From the NCBI GenBank assembly GCA_949289845.1, contig CASEPN010000004.1, positions 69 through 64,068 on the forward strand: DNA of 64,000 nt, given 5' to 3'. The translations under genes were made by a program, and so were the position numbers. The notes below the pieces were generated by a model. It saw only the letters and a list, made by a program, of their open reading frames with translations. It had not been told where the DNA came from and did not search any database. Below are positions 57,753 through 64,000 of the stretch, piece by piece. This DNA comes from an uncultured Bacillota bacterium. Its GTDB lineage: Bacteria > Bacillota_I > Bacilli_A > RFN20 > CAG-826. Every line of letters starts with the position of its first letter. Within the stretch, counting starts at the first letter, position 1.

Positions 57753-59429
57753 ATGGTTGGAAACGATGAGATCGCCGAGCTCCTGCTTCCCGAGACGAAG
57801 CTGACTCCCGAGGAGCTGGAGGCCCGCTACCCGGAGAGGAACCTTCCCGAAGGGGCATACGTAACGCGCTTCGCCCCCTCGCCGACCGGGTTCCTCCACA
57901 CGGGGAGCCTCTTCACCGCATTCCTCGCCCATCGGCTCGCCAAGCAGTCGGGGGGAGTCTTCTTCCTCCGGATCGAGGACACGGACACCAAGCGCACGAT
58001 CGCCGGCTCCGCGGAGGAGCTGATCGAGCAGCTATCCCGCTTCGGGATCGTCGCGGACGAGGGTTTCCTCCCTGAGGGGGAGAAGGGGGCCTACGGGCCC
58101 TACCGCCAGAGCGAGAGAGGCGAGATCTATAAGGTTTTCGTGAAGAAGCTCCTCAAGGAGGGAAAGGCCTACCCTGACTTCTGCACCGCCGAGGACCTGG
58201 CGAAGATCCGCGCGGTCCAGGAGGCGAGCAAGGTCATCCCTGGCTACTGGGGGCCCTACGCGAGGGACCGCAAGCTCACGAATGAGGAAAGGAAGGAGAG
58301 GATCCTCAGAGGTGATCCATGGGTCATCCGCTTCCGGAGCGAGGGGAACCACGACCGCAAGGTCCGCTTCCACGACGAGATCCGGGGCGACCTCGACATC
58401 GCCGAGAACGACATCGACGTCGTCATCCTCAAGAGCGACGGCCTACCCACCTACCATTTCGCCCACGTCGTGGACGACCACCTGATGAGGACCAACCTCG
58501 TCTCGCGGGGCGAGGAGTGGATCCCCTCCACCCCCGTCCACCTTGAGCTCTTCCGCGCCCTTGGCTGGGAGCACCCCCGCTACGCCCACCTCCCGGTCAT
58601 CATGAAGCTCGACCACGGGAACAAGAGGAAGCTTTCCAAGAGGAAGGACCCGGAGGCAGCGGTCTCCTACTTCCTGAAGGAGGGCTACCCGCCTGAGTCG
58701 CTCCTCGTCTACCTCATGTCCATCGCCAACTCGAACTTCGAGGAGTGGACCGAGAAGGAAGGCTCCTTCGACTACCGCCTCTTCTCCTTCTCCCTAGGGA
58801 AGATGTCCCTGGACGGGGCCCTCTTCGACCTCGACAAGCTGACCTTCTTCTCGCGCGAGCTCCTCGCCAAGTGGAGAGGGAAGGACATGCTCCCGCCCCT
58901 TCTTTCCTGGGCGAAGGACAACGATCCTGCCCTCGCCTCCCGCATCGAGAGGGATCCCTCCTACATGGAGAAGATCCTCGACATCGAGAAGGACCGGCCC
59001 AACCCCCGCAAGGACTACGCGAAGTGGTCCGACGTCGGCCCGGCGACCGCCTTCTTCTACCGCGATCTCTTCGAGCCCCTCGAGGAGAAGGGCTTCCCCT
59101 ACGACCCGAAGTACGAGCTCTCTTTCGTCTCCTCCTGGCTCGAGGAGTGCGCGGGGAAGATGCTCTACGGAGTCGACGAGGCCACCTGGTGGAGCGGAGT
59201 GAAGGAACTTGCCTCCAAGCGCGGCTTCGCGACCAGGAACAAGGACTACAAGGAGCATCCCGAGGACTACGTCGGCTCCCTCGTGGACGCCGCGGAGCTC
59301 CTGCGCCTGGCGATCACGGGGGCCAAGCGCTCCCCGAACCTCCACGAGGTCATCTCGATCCTCGGGGAGGAGGAGACGAAGCGCCGACTTCTCCACGAGG
59401 TGCGCCGGGCTGAGGATTCCGTCCAATAA
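57753..59429 (+). CDS. gltX: glutamate--tRNA ligase
   Basis: RFAPSPTGFLHTG, RIEDTD, PTYHFA, KLSKR. Confidence 0.96.
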   Translation: MVGNDEIAELLLPETKLTPEELEARYPERNLPEGAYVTRFAPSPTGFLHTGSLFTAFLAHRLAKQSGGVFFLRIEDTDTKRTIAGSAEELIEQLSRFGIVADEGFLPEGEKGAYGPYRQSERGEIYKVFVKKLLKEGKAYPDFCTAEDLAKIRAVQEASKVIPGYWGPYARDRKLTNEERKERILRGDPWVIRFRSEGNHDRKVRFHDEIRGDLDIAENDIDVVILKSDGLPTYHFAHVVDDHLMRTNLVSRGEEWIPSTPVHLELFRALGWEHPRYAHLPVIMKLDHGNKRKLSKRKDPEAAVSYFLKEGYPPESLLVYLMSIANSNFEEWTEKEGSFDYRLFSFSLGKMSLDGALFDLDKLTFFSRELLAKWRGKDMLPPLLSWAKDNDPALASRIERDPSYMEKILDIEKDRPNPRKDYAKWSDVGPATAFFYRDLFEPLEEKGFPYDPKYELSFVSSWLEECAGKMLYGVDEATWWSGVKELASKRGFATRNKDYKEHPEDYVGSLVDAAELLRLAITGAKRSPNLHEVISILGEEETKRRLLHEVRRAEDSVQ

Positions 59430-59471
59430 AAAGTTGCATCCTCCTTGAGGGCGTGCTATAAAACGCTCCGC

Positions 59472-59546
59472 GGCCCTGTGGTCAAGCGGCTAAGACGCAA
59501 CCCTCTCAAGGTTGAATCCCGGGTTCGATTCCCGGCTGGGTCACCA
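59472..59546 (+). tRNA. tRNA-Glu(CTC)
   Basis: CAACC-CT CTC AA-GGTTG; CCA; U6:U67 mismatch in acceptor stem. Confidence 0.93.
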
Positions 59547-59627
59547 ACGAAGCGCGAGGCCCCGGAACTTCCGGGGCCTTTTGCTTGCCTTCCCGCCCAA
59601 GGGGAATGAGGGTATCCTTCCTTAGTC

Positions 59628-61232
59628 ATGGCAACCAAGTACGTGTTCGTAACGGGAGGCGTGGTCTCCTCCCTTGGGAAGGGCATCTTCGCCTCTTCCC
59701 TCGGCCTTCTCCTGAAGTCGGGCGGGCTCCGGATATCGATGATGAAGCTCGACCCCTACCTGAACATCGACCCCGGGACAATGTCTCCTTACCAGCATGG
59801 GGAGGTCTACGTGACGGAGGACGGGGCCGAGACGGACCTCGACCTTGGCCACTACGAGAGGTGGATCGACGAGAACCTCACCAAGGAAAGCTCCCTTACC
59901 TCGGGGAAGGTGTACATGTCCGTCATGGACAAGGAGAGGCGCGGGGACTACCTCGGGGCCTGCATCCAGGTCATCCCGCACGTGACCGACGAGATTAAGA
60001 TGAGGATCCGCGAGGCGGCGAGGGTCCAGAAGGCGGACGTCATCATCTGCGAGATCGGTGGGACGGTGGGGGACATCGAGTCCCTTCCCTTCCTCGAGGC
60101 GATCCGCGAGATGAGACTCGAGGAAGGCTTCGGCTCCACCCTCTTCGTCCATAACACCCTCGTCCCGTATCTTCGCTCAGCGGAGGAGACGAAGACGAAG
60201 CCGACCCAGCACTCGGTGAAGGAACTCCTGTCGCTTGGCATCCAGCCCGACGCGATCGTCCTTAGGACCGAGGTGCCTCTCACGGATTCCCAGCTGAAGA
60301 AGATTTCCCTCTTCTGCAACGTTCCTCCCGAGGGGGTGTTCACCGCGCTCGACGAGAAGGTCGTCTACGACCTCCCTGTCCACCTCCATGAGCAAGGGCT
60401 CGAGTCCTATGTCCTTAGGAGGCTTGGCCTCGAGGAGAGGGAGAGCGACCTCTCCTCCTGGAAGAAGTGGGTCGACTCCTTCAAGGAGAGGAAGGGCAAG
60501 GTGAGGATTGCCCTCGTCGGGAAGTACGTCGAATTGAAGGACGCCTATCTTTCGGTGAAGAGCGCCCTCGTCCACGCCGGGACGAGGCTTGGCCGGAATA
60601 TTGAGATCGACTGGATCAAATCCTCCTCCCTGACCGAGGAGAACTGCGCTTCCCTTCTTGGAGAGGCCGACGGGATCCTCGTCCCCGGAGGCTTCGGGGA
60701 GCGGGGGAGCGAGGGGAAGAAGCTCGCGATCCGCTATGCCCGGGAAAACGGGGTCCCCTTCCTTGGGATCTGCTTCGGGATGCAGCTCGCCATCATCGAG
60801 TTCGCCCAGCATGTCCTCGGATGGGAGGATGCCGACTCCGCGGAGTTCGATCCCCACTGCGCCCGCCCTGTCATTGACCTTCTCCGCGGGCAATACGACG
60901 GCATCGAGCTCGGGGGCACGATGCGCCTTGGGAACTATCCCTGCCTTACGAAGGAAGGGTCCCTCGCCCGGAAGCTATACGGGCAGGAAAGGATCGAGGA
61001 GCGGCACCGCCACCGCTACGAGTTCAACTCCCGCTACAGGGAGGACTTCGAGAGGGCCGGGCTTTCCTTCTCCGGGATCAATCCGGACTCCGGCCTCGTC
61101 GAGATCATCGAGCTTCCCGGCCATCCCTATTTCGTCGCCTCGCAGTTCCATCCCGAGTTCACCTCGCGCCCCCTCCGCCCCAACCCCCTCTTCCTGGGCT
61201 TCGTCGAGGCGGCGATGAAGAGAAGTGAATGA
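59628..61232 (+). CDS. pyrG: CTP synthase
   Basis: GGVVSSLGKG, KTKPTQHS, GICFGMQ, RHRHRYE, FHPE. Confidence 0.98.
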   Translation: MATKYVFVTGGVVSSLGKGIFASSLGLLLKSGGLRISMMKLDPYLNIDPGTMSPYQHGEVYVTEDGAETDLDLGHYERWIDENLTKESSLTSGKVYMSVMDKERRGDYLGACIQVIPHVTDEIKMRIREAARVQKADVIICEIGGTVGDIESLPFLEAIREMRLEEGFGSTLFVHNTLVPYLRSAEETKTKPTQHSVKELLSLGIQPDAIVLRTEVPLTDSQLKKISLFCNVPPEGVFTALDEKVVYDLPVHLHEQGLESYVLRRLGLEERESDLSSWKKWVDSFKERKGKVRIALVGKYVELKDAYLSVKSALVHAGTRLGRNIEIDWIKSSSLTEENCASLLGEADGILVPGGFGERGSEGKKLAIRYARENGVPFLGICFGMQLAIIEFAQHVLGWEDADSAEFDPHCARPVIDLLRGQYDGIELGGTMRLGNYPCLTKEGSLARKLYGQERIEERHRHRYEFNSRYREDFERAGLSFSGINPDSGLVEIIELPGHPYFVASQFHPEFTSRPLRPNPLFLGFVEAAMKRSE

Positions 61233-62098
61233 TCCTCTTCCTTCACGGAGCGCTCGCCCGGAGGGACAAAGGCATTCTCCCGCGGAGTATCCGTTCCTTT
61301 CTCATGAAGGAAGGGCTTCCCTTCAAGGAGCTTTCCGCATTGGACCGGGAAGACTATTTCAAAGAAGTTGGCTCCCTGGTGAAAGGGGACACGCTCCTCG
61401 CCCTTGGGGGAGACGGCACCCTTTCCCTTGTCGCGGACGCCCTCATGGGCATGCCTGAGGAAGAGCGTCCCGCCTTCCTCCTCATTCCCGGGGGCACCCT
61501 CGGGGACGGGGCGAGGAACATTTGGGGAAGGAAGTCCCTTCCCCGGCTCCTTTCCTCCCTCAAGGACGGCAGGAGGAAGAAGATCGACGTCCTCAGGGCG
61601 GAGCTGGAGGACGGCCCATCCGTGCATTTCCTCTACATGATCTCCGCGGGGGCTTTTTCTAGAGTGGCCTCGCGGGCCTCGAGGAGGAGCAAGGCTCTAT
61701 TTGGGCGACTTACATATCTTGCCCACGCCTTCTTCGAAGCGGTTTTCTCCCGAAAGGAGATAGAGGTCTCCCTTCTCCTCGATGGCGGGAAGGTGGCAAA
61801 GGAACGACTTTCCTTCCTCCTCGTGCTGAACGGGAGGAGGATCGCGGGCCTTCCTCTTCGCAGATACGGCCCGATCGACGACGGGAAGGCCGAGGTGAGG
61901 CTAGGAAGGGGGAAGGGGCTTGGGTCCGCTCTGAGAACACTTGCTTCGCTTCCTGGAGATATCCACAAAACCCCATCTCTTTTGGCGGATTTTTCCCAAA
62001 TGGTCGAGATTTGCATAGATGGAGAGCCTTATCGCTCCACCTCCCTGCGGATCGAGGTTTTGCGCAAGGCTCTCGAAATCCTTATTCCTAGCGAGTAA
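61229..62098 (+). CDS. diacylglycerol/lipid kinase family protein
   Basis: GGDGT, IPGGT.GD, IDGE. Confidence 0.82.
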   Translation: MILFLHGALARRDKGILPRSIRSFLMKEGLPFKELSALDREDYFKEVGSLVKGDTLLALGGDGTLSLVADALMGMPEEERPAFLLIPGGTLGDGARNIWGRKSLPRLLSSLKDGRRKKIDVLRAELEDGPSVHFLYMISAGAFSRVASRASRRSKALFGRLTYLAHAFFEAVFSRKEIEVSLLLDGGKVAKERLSFLLVLNGRRIAGLPLRRYGPIDDGKAEVRLGRGKGLGSALRTLASLPGDIHKTPSLLADFSQMVEICIDGEPYRSTSLRIEVLRKALEILIPSE

Positions 62099-62200
62099 AG
62101 CGCCCCGCCTTTGCGAGGATTTTCTTTAAGAAACCCCTTTCAGCATTCAGGCCATTGGCTATAATCCATCCATACATATTTGGGAAAAGGAGACCCGAAC

Positions 62201-64000
62201 ATGAAGAAAAGCGCTGTCGTTCTCTCCATCCTGGCATTCGTATTCACGGTGCTGGGCATCGTCCTCATCGGACTGACCCCGATGATTTCCGCGACGAACT
62301 GGCTTCCGACGACCGGTTTCGTCGACACCGCCCAGGCGTTCATCGACGCTTTCTTCACGAGCACCGCGCCCTACGCGAAGGCCTGGAGCCTCATGCTCGA
62401 GGGGAACATCTACTGCGTGCTAGCCTTCGCGGCCGTCTGCGTGTTCCTCGTCCTCTGGCTCGTGCACTTCATCGTGCTCCTTGCCAGGAGGCGCTACCGC
62501 TCCCTCTTCCCGAACCTCATGTGGCTCATCTTCGGCGGCATCACGACCGGCTTCTGCTGCATGGCCCTCGTCCCCGGGATGCTTCCCCTGAACGAGGCGA
62601 CCGCCGCCCTCAGCACCAACCTCAACGGCGTCAACGTCTTCCGTTTCCTCTTCCTCGGGCAGGGCGAGACCGCTGCCTTCGTCAATAGCGGCGATAACCC
62701 CGCGCTCGCCTGGGTCCTTGCGATCGTGATGGCGCTCCCGGCCGCCCTCGTCTCCCTCGCCTGGCTCTTCGGCATCATCTCCGTCATCTGCGGGATCGGC
62801 GACTGCATCGCCAACCCCGGCGCCAAGCGCGACAGGAGCAAGGCCGCCGAGCGCGCCAAGGCCCGCGCCCTTTCCGACGCCCGCCTCCCGGTGGACGACG
62901 AGGACGCTCTCAAGGCGGCGATGTACGACGAGCTCGACCCGAGCCCCAAGGCCGTCCCTGCTCCTGCCGAGAAGAAGAGCGACATCCCTGTGATCGTCCA
63001 GCACATCTACTACAACGGCCAGCCGGTCTCCGAGACCAGGACCGAGCCGAAGCCCGAGCCCAAGCCCGAGCCCAAGCCCGAGCCTGCCCCCGCCCCTGAG
63101 GTGAAGGAGCAGGAGAAGGAAATCCACATCCACATCTATAACCCCGCGCCCGAGGCGAAGAAGGAGGAGCCGAAGCCCGAGCCCAAGCCAGAGCCTCTCC
63201 CCGAGCCCAAGCCCGCGCCCGCTCCCGTCGAGGAGGAGCGCCCGCTCACCGCTCGCGAGCTCCGCGCCATCATCAAGGAAGCGCTGGACGACCACGACCA
63301 TCCCGATAACGACCGCCCGCTCACCGACGAGGACGCCAGGCAGCTGGTCCGCGAGGAGCTGAGCGAGTACTACGATAGGGAGCTTCCCGACTTCGAGGAT
63401 GACTACATCGACGAGGAGGACGAGGGGCTCCTCACCATCGACGAGCTCCGCGACGTTATCCATGACGAGATCGCCGAGGCCCTCGCGGGGCTGAAGCCCG
63501 CCGAGGAGACCCCTGCTCCTGAAGAGCCCGCCGAGGAGCCCGCGAAGGAGGAGGCAGCCCCTGCGGTCAGCAAGGACGACATCAAGGCCATCGTCCAGGA
63601 GGAGATTGCCGCGCTCGTCCGTTCCCTCGACGAGAAGGAAGCCGCCCGCAAGAGCGAGGAGGACGCCAAGGCCGAGGAAGCCAAGAAGGCTGAGGAAGCC
63701 GAGGCAGAGGCCGCCAAGGCTGAGGCCATGAAGAAGGCCGAGGAAGAGGAGGCCCTTCGCGCCAAGAAGGAAGAGGAGGAGCGCGCCGCCCGCGAGGAGG
63801 CCGCCGCCCTCCAGGCCGAGGTCGATAACGCCCAGAACGAGGCCATCCGCGCCCTCCAGGACTCCCTCCTGAAGGCCGAGGACATCCGCGAGATCCTCAA
63901 GGAAGAGCTGGCGAAGCTCCCGCGCCCCGAGCCCGTTGTCATCGAGAAGACGATCGAGGCGCCCGCGCCCGAGCCCCAGCCCGAACCGGAGCCCGAGCCC
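62201..64000 (+). CDS. large membrane protein, about four TMs then Pro/Glu/Lys-rich repeat region; partial, runs off window
   Basis: Not in ORF track because no stop in window; 600 open codons from ATG 62201 with SD AAGGAG and TATAAT at 62160; codon usage like rpsB/tsf. Confidence 0.9.
   Translation, partial: MKKSAVVLSILAFVFTVLGIVLIGLTPMISATNWLPTTGFVDTAQAFIDAFFTSTAPYAKAWSLMLEGNIYCVLAFAAVCVFLVLWLVHFIVLLARRRYRSLFPNLMWLIFGGITTGFCCMALVPGMLPLNEATAALSTNLNGVNVFRFLFLGQGETAAFVNSGDNPALAWVLAIVMALPAALVSLAWLFGIISVICGIGDCIANPGAKRDRSKAAERAKARALSDARLPVDDEDALKAAMYDELDPSPKAVPAPAEKKSDIPVIVQHIYYNGQPVSETRTEPKPEPKPEPKPEPAPAPEVKEQEKEIHIHIYNPAPEAKKEEPKPEPKPEPLPEPKPAPAPVEEERPLTARELRAIIKEALDDHDHPDNDRPLTDEDARQLVREELSEYYDRELPDFEDDYIDEEDEGLLTIDELRDVIHDEIAEALAGLKPAEETPAPEEPAEEPAKEEAAPAVSKDDIKAIVQEEIAALVRSLDEKEAARKSEEDAKAEEAKKAEEAEAEAAKAEAMKKAEEEEALRAKKEEEERAAREEAAALQAEVDNAQNEAIRALQDSLLKAEDIREILKEELAKLPRPEPVVIEKTIEAPAPEPQPEPEPEP
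63044..63220 (+). repeat. 12-bp tandem repeats GAGCCCAAGCCC encoding EPKP (two blocks; a third EP block at window end)
   Basis: EPKPEPKPEPKPEP at 63044-63085 and EPKPEPKPEPLPEPKP at about 63167-63214. Confidence 0.8.

Noticed and set aside
63044-64000. CRISPR-like or non-coding repeat array
   Set aside because: The repeats are in-frame 6/12-bp coding units (EP/KP) without unique spacers, and there are no cas genes

Overview
This is a chromosomal core region of a GC-rich, reduced-genome member of the Bacilli. It carries polC, yloU/fakA, trmFO, a short 5S rRNA and a gene order like that of uncultured RFN20/mollicute-related gut Bacilli; the taxonomy is inferred, not shown. The window opens in the 3' part of a 23S rRNA followed by 5S. 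It then runs through yloU-fakA-recG-plsX-rnc-ftsY-ylxM-ffh, an inverted rpsP-khpA-rimM-trmD block, and rplS-lepB-rbgA-rnhB-dprA-topA-trmFO-xerC-rpsB-tsf-pyrH-frr-uppS-cdsA-dxr-rseP-polC. Next is a zone of 11 dispersed tRNA genes interleaved with accessory genes (cation/H+ antiporter, GH3, hydrolase, TetR, AmrB/AmrA-like fusion, and a yybP-ykoY riboswitch ahead of a P-type ATPase). It ends with cdaA-glmM-glmS-deoD, gltX, pyrG and a large membrane protein, missing from the ORF track, that runs off the window. I found no CRISPR, prophage or IS element. Main signals: (1) more than a dozen genes have a sigma-A -10 hexamer only 6-10 nt before the start codon and no Shine-Dalgarno, which suggests pervasive leaderless mRNAs; (2) all 11 tRNAs have C or G at the wobble position; (3) the 23S shows A2059G, altered H89/H91 and an apparent 21-nt loss in the peptidyl-transferase centre, probably an assembly artefact; (4) there is a frameshifted lipoprotein, an RseP without a recognisable PDZ, and a repeat-helix membrane protein.
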